A DNA stretch of 64,000 nt from Ascidiella aspersa (lineage: Eukaryota): contig OZ004614.1 of assembly GCA_963924565.1 (NCBI GenBank), positions 8,556,001 to 8,620,000 on the forward strand, written 5' to 3'. Position numbers and translations under genes: made by a program. Positions 12,901 through 27,900 of this stretch are shown piece after piece (the stretch's first letter is position 1; every line of letters begins with the position of its first letter). The notes under the pieces are model-generated. The model saw nothing but the letters and a program-made list of their open reading frames with translations. It was not told the DNA's origin and did not search any database.

Positions 12901-15900
12901 GTTGGATACTACATTTTGCTTAACAGCCGTAACATATAGCAACATTATTCCATTGTCAAACTTCTATTTTTTATGTTTAAATTATGTTGTAATTGAATAA
13001 ACATTAAATAAATTAAAACAGAAAAGCTGTTTACTATATACTTTTTGAAATTTGAACTGCGGTTAAAAACAAACATTCTCACATTATGGATTACTTACTC
13101 CTTTGGTTAATTAAACCCCATTAGTCGTAACTCGTAATTATATCCCTATAGGATTAGGTTAACAAGAGCTGCCCGAACTAACTGCTAAAGAAAATGTTTC
13201 ATTAACCCATCGAACGCGTTTTCAGGTATCTTTCGAAGGAAAGAAAGGACCAAAACGTGCAATTTACAACAAAACTTACACGTGAGTTCAAAGGGAACGT
13301 CAGTATTTCGGTTGGCGCATCTGCCACAAATTAATTATCCCATGAGCGTGGCAAGTTCGGAAGAATCATGGAGGATAGTTAAACTGTGCCAAGCTTGCCT
13401 ATTTTTAATATAGCAACTATAGTGAGTTTATTCAGTCGTTTAAAAAGCGGTCGGATTCCATTGACTCTATAAGCTTGTTCTATTTATTTATACTTTCACC
13501 AGATTAGTAGGACGCTTTTAAAGGATGCCCCAAGTTTGGTTAATATATCGGAACCCGGCCTTTATATCAAAATGATCTGCAACATTTTTTATAGCCACGG
13601 GTCAATATTTGTGCGACCCTGAAGTAGCTTATATTCTTTATATTGCCTGACGTAATCAAAGTCAGGAATTTTGTAAGATTGAACGAGAAATGTATTTCGC
13701 TAATCTTTCTTTTATTTGTTGCCAAATATATCTCTCTGTAAGCGTAAATACAAACTGACTTTCATTTCTTATCAATTATCTTAATTATGTCACTTGCCGT
13801 ACCTGTAATACCTGTATTGGACATAACCACTTATCGCTTGGCTTGGAAATGGTTCGTTCCATATTAACTGGTTAGGACGTTGTATAAAACCGCATATATA
13901 ACATTTTTTAATTGGCTTTAGTAGATTATGAAAAGCATCGTTTAATCCAGTTCATTTCAGGGAACCTTTATTCACATTTACATCGTATGGTGTCACACCA
14001 TTCACAGCACTCTTTCTTCTCGGTGAAAAATCTGGTCCGGAAAAGTACGAAATAAAGGTCAGTGTTTATACTATTATGAAACATTGCTTCATGATTATTT
14101 TACGAAATTAGATTACGCATGCCATCACTGAAATAGTCCACTTAAACGCAATTTTGTGACCAGGTGCAGAGTTTCCCTACTTACATTAGCGTCGAAGAAG
14201 TCAAATTTGAGACTTTTGCGGGCTTGGTTTCAACGCGAAACTATACAATGCAATATGGAGGCGTGCAGGATTTCGCGCCCCAAGAACCAACGTTTTGCGA
14301 AGTTTACTTTTTTATGCCACTTTTTCCGGTAGGTATATGTGACAACTCGGATACCTTACTTTGACGGTTGTTAAAAATAGCAAATACATTAATTAATTGC
14401 AAGTGTAAAACATAGAAAAAAAGACTCGTTATTCCATGTACATTTTATTCAACATTTTTTCGCATTTATTAAGCTACACAAAAGATTGTTTTAATAATAC
14501 TTTAATTATAACTGCGGCGAAACGTCTGTCCAAATTTGTACCTGACGAATGCAGAGGGAACTCAAATACCATCTGGAACCACACCTTTTGATATAATTGT
14601 TTAATTGTTGAAAGTTTCATTCAAGAAAAAATAAATCTTTTGATATTTTCAACAGAACTCGAACCGTACTTTTGTTGTGTCGACGTCATATCACGATACT
14701 GGACGTCGTCCACGTTATAAAGATTATTCGAGAAACAGGGCTACGGTGAAGTCTGGTGGTGGTCAAGCTGTTCTTGGTTACATACTCTTGTCAAAGTAAG
14801 ATAGCTTTTAATAAATCTCGCAAAATACTAAAATTATAGTTTCTAAGCTCACGTAAAACTCGTTTGGTCAAAAAAGTGTCTAAGTCAAGTGGAAATGCGA
14901 AAGTATTCGTTTGCAAAATTAAAATAACCTAAATAGAGCTATTAGCTTTTTCTAAATTTTTCTATTTATAATTTCTACTTTCTTTTGCAGACCAACTGGT
15001 AAAACAATTTCGCAAAAAGAAATCAACGCAACAATGATGACGATGATGCATATCATATTGGATGGCGATCGAAGCGGTATGTCACGCATTGAGTGTTGCG
15101 AGTCGTAAGAAAGTTATCTCCCAGTGATGATCGTAGTTTACCCAATCTTTTACTCACACATGAGATATTTCAGTGGTTGCATGTCGATTTTTTGTTTAGT
15201 TTTACTTCTATACAGTGTAATTTATATGTCGACATATTCTAGGGCAGTGGTCGGCGGCCTTTTTCTAGTCGCGGGCCAAAACCAAACTTAGAAAGGTCTC
15301 CGCGGGACGCACAAATGTTAGCTAAGAATTGTGGTATTAAAATGTTAGAGCAACTGTCAATCAGGCGAACCTTGGACATTTTTTGCACTTAAAAACGTTT
15401 AATCACATTTACAGTGGCAGTAAATTGTTGACGCAAAGCGCGAAAAAAAGCGTTCGTTTGGTTAAAAATTCAAGTTCACACGTCGTCATCCTTGCTACTA
15501 ATGAAGAGTGTAATAAAACTACTTTCAGGGAACGCGATAACATTTAAAGTTAATCTTGCTCAGTGTTTGTTAACCGTTTTAAGTCAAGGCGCACCAGGTG
15601 AGCGAAGCGAGCGCGATTTTTTTTTGGCAAACAGATATTTCTGTTAAATTTTTTGCAAGCTTTTATTACATTGCCGAAAATAAAAAAATGTTAAAAAATA
15701 TATGTCCAATAATTTTGAATATGTTTTCCGTTTGTCTGCGACGCATTTGGCAGCCTTTTACGGCGCAACGGTAAAGAATCGCTGACCTAGTTAAAAAGGC
15801 AGCATCAATACGTGTACAAACCAAACATATAATGAACATTCGCGCGAAGCGCGAACATTTTTCGCAATTACGTAGTTAAATTAATCATAAAGTGTGTCAA

Positions 15901-18900
15901 ATAGACTCGTGTCTGGTTTGTCTAGGAGACGGCGGGCCGAATGGATTTCATCGGCGGGCCTGATCCGGCGCGCGGGCCGTAGGTTGCCGACCCCTGTTCT
16001 AGGGCGTCCACAAAGTTAAGCCAGGGCAGACATTTTAAGATTAATTCGGTTACGAATGACGTTTCAATTCTTTTTTTAACTTCCTTGTCAAATCATCGCA
16101 CGTAGTAATTTGGCCGACTTGCCACTTCACATTGTATCATTTGCATATAACCCGTAACGCTATACCAGTAAGGTAACTGCCCTGTTTAACGTGATCTCTT
16201 ATGGTCCGTTACTGATGTCGCTCAAGTGTGACCAATGCGCATGAGCTGGATGGGTAAAACGCATCACCACTCTAATACGTTATTCTAATGTATGCTTTGT
16301 TGACCGGAGTCGTTGAAAAATATCGTTTATGCTGTTGTATTCTGAGTATTTCGGATACGGTTGTAATTGTGATTGCATTAAACAGTGAGAATCAAATAAG
16401 TAAAGTGACGTTGCGTAGATCTCATTAAGTCGTTTCTGTACGGAATCCAAAACCCGATTTTTTAAGAGCCAGATGTATACGACGACCAGCCTTACCTCGT
16501 GTAAGAGACTTCAAGTTCCAATTGCCACATTATGGGTCCAATTGCCACATTTAAGTTTCGATTGCCACAGATTCGCTAAACGCTACAATATAAAGTCATT
16601 GCTTTCAATAGACATTTGAGTTTCCGAAAAGTACAATATTGGTTGTCCTTTGGTAAAAATGTTTCAAATAAATGGGCGAAATATTTTTCTTTATTAATCT
16701 ACAGAATTTCGCTATGGCTCTAGTTATTAAATGCTATTGACGAGGCTATTTTTATGTATATCTTGTTTTCAGAAATATTTCAGCGTATTCGGTCTAACAT
16801 TAGCAATCTTGCAAGGAAGGTCGACAACTTTTATTCTTACCCGATACCAGAACCTCCCGATGTATATTCGCTCACGTACAACAACATGTACTTTCCTGTT
16901 GGAAATCGAGTAAGAGCGTTTTAGCACTTGTAATATTTTACTTTAAAGCAAACAGATAATTTGCACGACAATGTAAGCTTTAAATGAACTGCTTTGAAAC
17001 AAGCTTCGAACCACAGTGAAATTTTGTGTTGTTTGTATTATATATACATATTTTTATACATGTTTTTATATTATCGTCACGCAAATTGTAAAAAAAAAAC
17101 TCGATTTGGGTCAAACTTGTATTCAGCTGTTATGCTTGTTTCAAAGTAGTACACGTAAAATATTTACTAATAGTTGTTTTTCCATAAAAATTACGACGTA
17201 TGAATAACACATAAAACAAGTTATGATTTCTTTCAGATCTATTATAAAGTTGGAAACACTTCCCGTGTGAGTGCAGCATACAACAAAACCTACACGTAAG
17301 TTAACACTCAATAAATCAGGTGTTTGTCAACGTGAACTATTATATTATCGTTCGGATATCACAAACTTGTGCTTACATCACAATTACACGTTTGCGATAA
17401 TTTTTTATCCACACTCATGAAACACCCGGTTGAGGTGTTTCAAATAGCGAGAAAATGACTTGAATTACTTAACACACATGTTAACAGACTCTTAAATAAA
17501 ATGATTGATCATGTAAAGCCAACGCGCATAAAAGAAATACAAATAATCTACACTTATGCGAGCTTTTTGGGGCCTTTTTCATTGTCTCTTGGTCGTTTCT
17601 CATATTTTCTCCGTTTTTCCATTTAATAAGAATGAGACACAAAACAGGTAATAGGTTATCGACTGTCCTTGGAATGGCCACGTAAACAGACTTTTTTTAG
17701 TCATTTATCGCTAATTAGTTTTTTAACTTTGAATACGATTGATAAACTGTAACACAGAACCTTGTGTAAACTTTTTAAGTCATTTATCTTTAATAGTTTT
17801 TTTAATATTGAGTAGCCTAAGATTGACAAACTGCAACACAAGACCTTAATAATCCGGTGAATCTCGTCTTCATTACTTTCAGGGGTCCGTCGTATATCTT
17901 TGCCATTGTCGCAATGCACCCCATGACAGCGATGTATTTTCTTGACGCCAATTCAGGCCCAGAAAGTTACTCGATAGAGGTCAGTGTATCTGTGATTTCT
18001 AACATAGTTTGTCTTATTGGTCTTACGATATGTAATTACCCGAATTTAAAACAAAAAAATTGCTTTTTGGAAACAGGTTGATTCCCGGCTGTCAATTGGC
18101 CGCTATGGGATTCTTCGGACTTTCAATGGTTCGGTTTCTTTGCGAAATTATACTCTTAAATACGAAGGCGTTCAAATTTACATGGGGCGGCGTTACTCCA
18201 GTGTTTGTGAGGTTTACTTTTATCTTCCCCTAACATCGGTAAGTGATATAGGATACATATGCGACTACATATGCTAGAAAACATTTTTTTTGCTTAATCC
18301 CACACAGGTAACCTTACGTTGTAGTTTAATTCAAGTTTACAATTTACTAAATATATAATTTGAGCACGTTTGGTCAAATTCAATTTACTCTCGTGAGTCA
18401 GTTTTTCCTGATGTTAACAAGCAGCTTTTCTTTGCAGAATTCAAACCGCAAGTTTTCAGTGCTAATACCAGATCGTGGGAGACAGAGTTTTAAAAACAAG
18501 GCGTCGGTCGAGTCCGGAAAAGGTGAAGCCGTCATCGGATACACACTTTTATCAAAGTGAGAAGAAAACAGTTTCCTATACTACTCTTCATCAACTTAAC
18601 GAATGACTAAGCGTGTTTAAAACAACATCTTTATTCTGGGTAAAATCGTGTGGCCAAATGTTTACTTAATGTTAGCAAACCAGTCGGGCGGTTTAAACGA
18701 TTTGTCTCCGATCTTTATAAAGTTATGGATTATCTGTTCACTTCACTAGATACCAACCACATCTATACTTCAGCATTGTTATAACTTAAATAACTTTGTT
18801 TAACGCAAAATATTTAAGCAACATATTTGGCTTAGCGGGATAAGTTAAATGGTAAGTTTGACGAAACCCGATCATTTTTGTTCTAGTAAAACAACCCCTC

Positions 18901-21900
18901 TTCCATTTTAACCAAATAGAAAATCAACAGTCTCGTATTATTTGCCGAATATAATCATGACATTACAGACAAAAAGCCGAACAAATATGGAATGAGGAAA
19001 TCAAGGCAATCATGCTGACAATGCTTCACATTATTTTGGGAGTTGACCAATCAGGTAAACCCATGGACGCCTCTGTTGTATTTAATAGTTCCAGTTACAG
19101 CTTTAAAAAACAATCGAGTTTCGGCTTAAAAAAAAGATAAACAAAACAAAACGAAATTCAAAACGTCACAAATTTTCTCTTAACCAGTTGTTGCACTTGT
19201 TGAAAAAATATAATTTCGACACTACATCTTATTCTGACATGCGTTGTTATAAAGTAGCCTATTACAAATTTGAAATATCAAAACACGGTTTTAAAGGCAA
19301 CCTATATTGGATCATTTAGAGCTTTATATTTTGCATTAGTCGCCAGTACTTGGACCACCTGGTCAGCTGATGGCTCAAGTTGTCGACAAAAGGGAACTCA
19401 GTCAAGAACCCGAAACTGCACCAGCGGACATTGCTTGAAAACGTCCAACATAGTTGAAGTGCAAAAACGACCATGTAGCGCACCGGCCTGGGTAGAAGGT
19501 AAGAGTGTTGGAAATAAGTTTTTGTCAAGATTAAGTTCCAAGTCGACTCATTTTCGAAAAAATGTTACGTCAGATCACGATCCAAGTCATTGGCCTAAAG
19601 TGAGATCCATGTCACGTCACATTCTAAATTATTTTTTATCTACAACATCGCTGAACAAGACCAATTCTGAGCAATAGTTTGCATCGCAAACACCAAGAAC
19701 AAAACAAATAGCAAGTTGCGACTATTAGTTGGCGAAAATAATCCAATAGTCAAACAAGTAATTTAAAACGTTGATTTAAGTGCACTTAACACTATAGGTA
19801 CGACTTTACGCAATAACCTTTGCGGTTCATGTACGAAGTTAGTTTCTTGATTAGGATTTATATATGTTTATTGTTATGGTATCCGAAACCTTTGAGAGTA
19901 GATTCCTGTTGTTCGATTATAAAGCTTGACTTACTGGTATTACGTAAGTAAAATGTAAAGTTAAAATACTCTTCTAAAACATACGATCAAATGTTTGATT
20001 AAATTTGAGGGAATATATACGTATCAACAACCTAATGTTTTTTGTATACCAGTAAAAGCGAACATTCAGATTAAATGCGCTGTTTTTTGTATATATCACG
20101 TTGTAGGAATCTTCAAGCGTGTTCGAGCCAACTCCCCCAAAATCGGGAGAAACGTCAAGCGGTTTTACGCCTATTTTTATGACAAAGAATCGTCGAATGT
20201 TATTTTAGAAAGTTCTCATATAGGGAGAGATTACGTGAGTATTGCCAAATCAACGGGATAAAAGTACAATGTTTTCCAAGTTGCTTCACGATTTTATAAG
20301 TTGTGTGTGTCCGATATAATTGCTTATTACTTAAAAATTGTACGTAAGAAATATTTTGTACGTAATGTATAAGGCCATAAAATTGTACGTAAAGTATTAG
20401 GCCCAAATCTTAATTTAAACTGCACGATGTTTAGAAAGACTACTATTAATTGGGCGGTGCATTTGTAGTGATTTGCATAGTCATAAATTCCTAGAAGAAT
20501 GCTCTGTGTAAACATAATCGCACTGTGTTCGCGTACACGAAAATACCAATTTGAATAGTATCATGGAATTTTCGTTGAGCAAAGAAATATTTAGGTAGCG
20601 TTATATATTGATGTCATCAACATATATACTTTAGAAGAAACCTGCTGTTTTTAGTCCAACAAAAATGGAACTCCAATGAAGTTTAACTATACATCAAGGA
20701 AATTCGACTTAGCTTTTTTTTAATGCACTCTTTTTTATTACGTTCTATTTGGCAAATAATATACTAAGTTGTTGATAGGTTTGGACCACCAAAAACTAGT
20801 TTACCTACCCCAGTTTATAAACCCCAACCCAGAATGGTATACGCTCCCAGAGTGCCCAAACCTGGTAATTTTGTTACTATATAGCAGTGTTTCGTAACCT
20901 TTTTACTTGGGGGCGCACCTATAGCTATTTTAAAACGTTGCGGCGCAAATTGCAAGCGAAGCAAATTTTTAAGGTGTATCTGTATTTCTCTTAAATTTCT
21001 TGCCATTTTTTATAATATAGGCTTTATAGATGCATATCTTTAAAGAGATCCAGCCTTGAGCCCAAAATGAGAACAACGTCAACTTCGGAATAATAGCATG
21101 TCGAAATCGGAATCAGACCTAAATGGCCAAAATAAGGCCAATACAACCTTTTATCTAACCCCAAACACAGCCCATAACTAACACCAACTCTCCGAATATT
21201 TTTAACCCTAGCCCAATTGCTAACACCACCATTTACCGCCTATAAGCCCAAACAGAGGTAAAAAATCCGGGGCCAAAACACGGCCAATGCCAGACATGTG
21301 TCCCCCAATCATCCTATACCCTTTGCTACAGTCCTGGGCGTAATTTTGGCTCATTGCGATTAATTTAGAGCTTAATTCGACATGTTTAGGTCTTATCAAG
21401 ACTATTTTAGATTTTATTCTGTCGTGGTCATTAATGCGAATTTTGCGTTATTATGTCGGTGGTCTTAGTACTTTGGTATTATAGATTATCTGTTTTAGAT
21501 ATTGTTGCTTTGTAGGTATTCTTGTGTTTTCTACTTGAAAGTACTGTGGAATCAATGAGCTAAGCCTAATCGAAAAGTAAAAACACATGTTTTATATATT
21601 AAACTACATTTTTCTTTTGCTCGCGGCGCATCTGGCAGCCTTCCATAGCGCACCGGTTGAGGAACGCTGCTATATAGTTTCAAAGAAAATAACCTCATTT
21701 CACGAACTATTTGTGATGAATAAAATTTCAGGTGTATTTTAAAGTGGGACAAGAGCCTCCGCGACGTGCAACGTACGATACAAGTTACTCGTAAGTACAG
21801 GGAAACAACGTAAAACCAAGAGCCTTAAATAGTGTATAACATCACTAATGGTATAAACATCTAAAATTTAATTTTGAAATTATAGCAATACTTGAGCCAG

Positions 21901-24900
21901 GGCTGCGGAGTCGGTAAAAAATAACTCGAGTCCGACACTGACTCTACAGCCAGTTTTCCGACAATTAACGTAACTAAATAAGGTGGATATTCAGCAATGC
22001 ACTTATAGGGGTGTCGCACGTCAGACTCGGGAATCGGGTAGTTTTACGTAGTCTTACTCGAGTCCCGATTCCGACTCCGACTCCGCAGCCCTGACTTAAG
22101 CTACTATAGCTTTTTTAAGCTTGCTTCATATGCTAATACTTTTACTACTGTTTGAAGCGGACAGTCGTATTTTTTCAAAACCTTTGCCATCCGTCCTTTT
22201 ACGGCAATGTTTGTCTTGGATGGCAATTCCGACAACAAAACCTACTCAATCGAGGTCAGTAAAAGTTTTCTTTGGGACTGTAAGTCGTAAGAAGTTTGTT
22301 TAGAATAATTGCTTATATTGTAGATAGGAATGTCTGATACTTGACAATTCTTTTCGATACTTAAAAAGTTCCTCTATCCGTTATTAAGTGACGTCAATAT
22401 TATCTTCAAACAGGCAAAATAGATGTACAGTAATTAAAACGTTTTTAGGTAATTTTAATTCGGTTATTTACAAGCCAAAATTTGATTCATCATTAAGAAA
22501 TTAAGTTACCGCCCGTTGTATAACAACAATTGGTTCCTAAATTTACATTTCAAGGTGACAACCGGTGGGTTGCATCGCAATAGTTGCTGAAATGCCTATA
22601 TTAGGTTGGTATTGGATCGGCAATGATGCCATCCCAGTATCGGACGAGTAGCAATGCTATCACAATATGAAATCGGCTATCGTCTCCTATCCGATATTAT
22701 CGGACATATTAAACGTATAGACACAATTTGTATACAATTTTTGTCTCGGCAGGTGAAGTCCGGACTTGAGAGTTCTGTAAACGGCAGAATTCGAACGCAT
22801 CAGGGTTCAGTGTCCCTTCGAAACTATACGCTTCAGTTTAAAGCAGCGCAGCATTACAACAACCTTGCGAAAACATTTTGTGAAGTTTACTACCTTCTGC
22901 CACTAACGTCGGTGAGTAAGTATAGAAAAAGAGTAAAACACTTTTTCTGAAAGGCTAAATGTTGTCCAATGCTACCCACCAACAACAGACAAAGTACAAA
23001 ACCTTAGACCAGTTAAAGATTTGAAGCTTTGATCTGTCAAAAATACATAATTTCGACTCAGCGGGTCAAGTGCATATGAAATACAACACTATAACCTGAG
23101 CTGAGATGGGTTAAAACAAAACAAGTTTCATAAGTGAACCGTAAACCTTTGAAAGATTAACCGGTCGTGAGTCCACTGCAGGCTAGTTGTTTTTCTAGCC
23201 TGTCCTGCTTGCATTTTTATCGACAGATTCGGTTAACCTGTCGAAGGTTGTACTATGATGCTATGATGCGTAAGCCGTGATCGTTTATCAAAAATGACTT
23301 AAGATAGGCTAGATCACAGTGTTTGTCCACCTGTGTGTTCCTTTCATTAAAGTATTTACTAAATTGCCTTATTACTATAAAAGAACAATAATTGAAATTG
23401 AAGTGAACTCATGAAGAACATCGATAATTGAATGAGCGAAATCATTTCTTACGTTTTGGTCAAGACTATACAACTGTCGAAAGTTAGATAAGAACGCATA
23501 TGTTGAGCATTTCAAGAATATTGGGCAATATTCCAAGTTACGAGAAATGCAAATTACTGTAAATACAACAAGTCCGTATTAACACTTTGGTTTATTTCAG
23601 GCATCTAACGACAAACTCGTCTTTCTAGCAAAGGATCATGAGAGAAGAAATTCGGAAAATAAGGCGTCGGTCCAGTCAGGAGGTGGCCCAGCTGTTTTTG
23701 GATACACACTTTTATCGAAGTGAGAATATGTTTCAAAACGAGTGCTTTGTTATTCAGTTTGCTTAGATCTATGTCAAACAATCGTGCCTTTACATTATGC
23801 TTTAATTTAGAAGAAAAATAGATGTTTTTTAACTAAACCTTTCTGCAAATAATTATGAAACAACAATCTACCTGTTTTCCCGTTCTTTTTTGAAGAATTT
23901 CTAAAATTTATACATACTACTAGGTGTTATGTACAAATTTCTTAGATCGTATAAAGATTCAAGTATATTCTGTGTTTAATTTAAAATTTTTGCTGTCTAA
24001 ATACTTTCCATGCCGCACGAATACATTTTTGGCGCTTATCTACTTTGCAGATACGAAGGAATTGAAATTACAATGGGCGAAATCAGAGATACGATGATGT
24101 CTATGATGCACCTTATTTTGGGAATTGACCAGCAAGGTATGAGCTGCCATAATATCAAGTCCAAGTGGGCGAAAGGGATTGCGATAAAAAAGGAACAACG
24201 TTACAAAACATTAAACTGACCCTTTATTAAAGTTGTAAAACATTTTTTTTCAATTTTTCGTAACTGATTAAAGATGTCAAAAGATTACAAGTTAGTCATA
24301 CGTGGTTATTGGATTATGGTTTGTTTTTCTTGCCACTGAGATTTAAACAAATGTAACAAAAATTGCAATATGTTTGAATACGTGAATCTAATTGGAGTGT
24401 TTTATTGCAACATATTTTCTGTTTTTAAATTTTGCTTTTTATTGAGTTTTGTTGGATTATTAGGAAAATCAAAATCTTGAATGTTTTCCACATTATGAAA
24501 TAGTATTTGCGACCAAACTAAAATACGTACGCCATGTATTAGGCTGCGCTTAATTGCAACACGTAGTCACATATAAGGTACGATGATTTGTCTTAAGTTT
24601 GGAGCCACTGGTCCCAGTGGTCATCTTGTCCCGACAACTGCCCTGGGCAACAAACACAAATAAGACTCCGTAGTTGCATTATTGGCCCCTGTCCACAAAA
24701 CAACAGCAGAGTTGAAAGGGAGACACGGCCGTGCAGCATCCCGGTTTGGGTGGCAGGTATGAATAACGTAAAATGTTGACGCTTTGGGTTTTTTACTTGG
24801 TTATAGAAAGTAAATTGGCTTTCAAACTGTTTGAGCAACTTTATTGGTGTCAAGTACTCGTGAAAATTTTCCAACTTTGTTTTTTTTGAAATTTTTAATA

Positions 24901-27900
24901 ATATGTTAAGTTTCGATGTCGATATATAATCTGGGTGAAAAAAGTGTGATTAGTTTTTTACTCATTTCGTTGGGGTCTTGTACTCTGACAAGACACATGT
25001 GACTGAAATTGACTTTTACACAAACCGTTTTAATCCTTTTAATTTTATTGGATGACAAGTAAACAACACAAACGTTTGCTGCCTTTTGCCACTATTCTAA
25101 CTTTTCCATATTCAGCTTGCTGTCTACCAATCAATATTATGGAAATTGCCTTTCTACAGAAATATTCGAGCGCTTTCTATCAGAACGTGGCATTCTTACA
25201 TGGCACGTCGAAAACTTTCACCGCTACTTGCTGCCAATTCCCAAGGAGGTGTCTCATTTTATCGACCATTTAGTGGAGAAACACAACAGACGAAACTATG
25301 TGAGTTTGATTAAACGACTTAAAAGATCTTTAACAAAAGCGGCTGAGGACGCATAGGTAATACACACAACTGCTAGTAGGTCCTTTTTTAACCTAAAGAA
25401 ATGCCAGTTAACATTAAACGGCAGACATTTTGCAATTTAAAGTGCATATAAGTGACACAAGTCACCGGTGCATTCCGAGAGCGTACATACATACTGGAAA
25501 TAAAAATAAGACATTTGCTTATTTGTCGGAACACACGTTTTCTCCGATCTATCGAATCACTTTTTTTTTAAACATTCTTCTATTATGTTTTGTCGCTCTA
25601 CATCAAATTGACGTACCATACTATGTTTAAACTTGTAAGATAATAGCAAAATATGCAATGCAGCTTGACAACAAAATGTAACCTAAACTGAAAATAGCGT
25701 ATAGTCAATTCGTAATAATTATTAACGTGGAATAAGCTTCGGTGTGCACCTTCGGCATGATCCGCATCTTTATAACTGGCAATGTAAAGCCACCATAAGA
25801 CGCATTAACAAATGATGAAATCCTATAATTTTACCTGTAATGAAGGATCGTCTCGGATATTTTAATTAGTTTTTATTCTTTCTAACCCTCCTATCGTATT
25901 TAACCTACCAGCTGAGTGTCTCAGTCCATCAGATCATAATTTAGGTTAGTTTATAGTACATGCGGTGAATCTGCCTAAAAATCACGAAATCTTCTATCTA
26001 CGTGCTACAGTCACCTGTTCAAAGCCAGTCAAGCAGGGCTATTGTGTACGAAAATATTTTCGTTCCAGGTATCATTCAAAGTGGGAGAAGCGCCATTTAA
26101 AACTGCTATTTACAACAGGAAATACACGTAAGTTAGTAAACGTAAAGCAGTTACACACACTGCATGTGTTTTTGGCCAATCAGGCGATTAACTTAAATAG
26201 AATGCATCATTGGACAATTTCTAATGTTATGTCTTTTAAGTGGGCCGTCGTATACCTTTACAACATTCGCAACACATCCTTTTGGAGCAATGTTTCTGCT
26301 TAAAAGCAATTCTAGCCTTGAACGTTACGTAATTTCGGTGAGCATACGATTTTATATTTTATTGGTTAAAATTTTTAACAGATTACTGAAAATGCTACAT
26401 TCTTAAAAGGTATATTCAGATTTCGCTAGATGTAGCAAGGTTGAAGATTTTCATGGATCTGTTACTTGGCTTAACTACACGATGAAATATGGAGGTGCGC
26501 AGACATTTTCCACCAGGACTTCAACGGCTTGTAAAATCCTATTTTTCTTACCGCTGACTACGGTAAGAAGTCTGGAATAATTATTTTGTGAGCCTTGGTA
26601 ATTCTCATTTTTTTTCTCCACTTTGAAAATTGCCCTAAACATGCAAAATAAACTTGACATGTTTTCATTAATTAGGCTATTCAATCAATTCAAAAATATC
26701 ATACAGGGTTAATGATATGTGATGTTCAAACTAAAATGCGCAGTAAACTTTACCTTTTGTAAAGAAGTTAAATAATGTGAATTTATTTTCGTTCTTGACC
26801 ATCTAAGACTGTTTATAAGACAGATACAGATAAAACATAAAATCATTTCTTAAATTTTTACAGAAATATATAGCCTATTTCGCCGACGAACTGACGATGC
26901 CTTATAGGCGAAAAATATAATTCTGTAAAATTTGTTTTTCTGTTTTAATAAACAGTCTTAGATCATCTGAATATTTTATTTACATTTTATTGTCTGCAGG
27001 AGATTCCTTACTTCCTAAAGTGTTTCAGTTTTCTTGACCACATTTTAGTCTTTTACAACAAAAATCATAATGGTTCTACAGAAACTCTTTTGAGAAGCAC
27101 TTAAATAGAAAGCTATCGAGAAGTGACCTTGTCAAATAAAATATTACTGGGTAAAAATACAAAGAAGTAGTAATAACTAACGCATATTTATTGTTAATAA
27201 CTGTGAAAATAATCATTTCCAATACAAGTTTCCTTCATAAAATTTAAATCACAATATTGGATGCAAATCATCAATTATTGGTAGAGGTATCAGCTTTTCT
27301 AAAGTAAATATAAAAATTCAAATTGAAGTCCATAATAAACATGCCTTGTCCATTCCGTTGATCCATTAGGGGAGGTGCGGGACCCATGGAACGGATTTGT
27401 TTTTTCCGTAATATCTTTCGAATTACAACTCAAAAACACTCGCTGTTATTTTCTTTGGAAAGCTTACAGCTATGGATACCTACAATCCCACATGGAAAAA
27501 ATAATTTAAATCTGACATATCCTTCTAAGTTAAAAAAAAACTTTTTTTTTCCATTGGTCCCACCCCACAGGACTTATGGGACCTATGGAACAGAGCATGA
27601 CTGCATCTCAAAAGACTGCGCTGAGTATTCGTGAAGTGTATAACTACTCTGTTAATGGTGTATTAATAGTGGCACAAGAAAATGTATTTGGAGAAATTAA
27701 ATAAAACACAGGGAAACAGGCACACAATGCTGAAATGATATTTTTTTTATTTCTGGTCTAATTTGCACCCCAGGTTTATTATATCAATTGTTTTTATTTT
27801 TTAGGAGAACATATCAAAATATAATAATAATAGTCAAATGTACGAATTTGTCGAGTACCGACTCTGACTCTACAGCCTGTATTCAGCCCAAATACGTAAC

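Noticed and set aside
16467-16500. Extra small exon between R1 and R2
   Set aside because: The GT donor gives phase 2, incompatible with the phase-1 R2 acceptor; R1 joins R2 in frame without it
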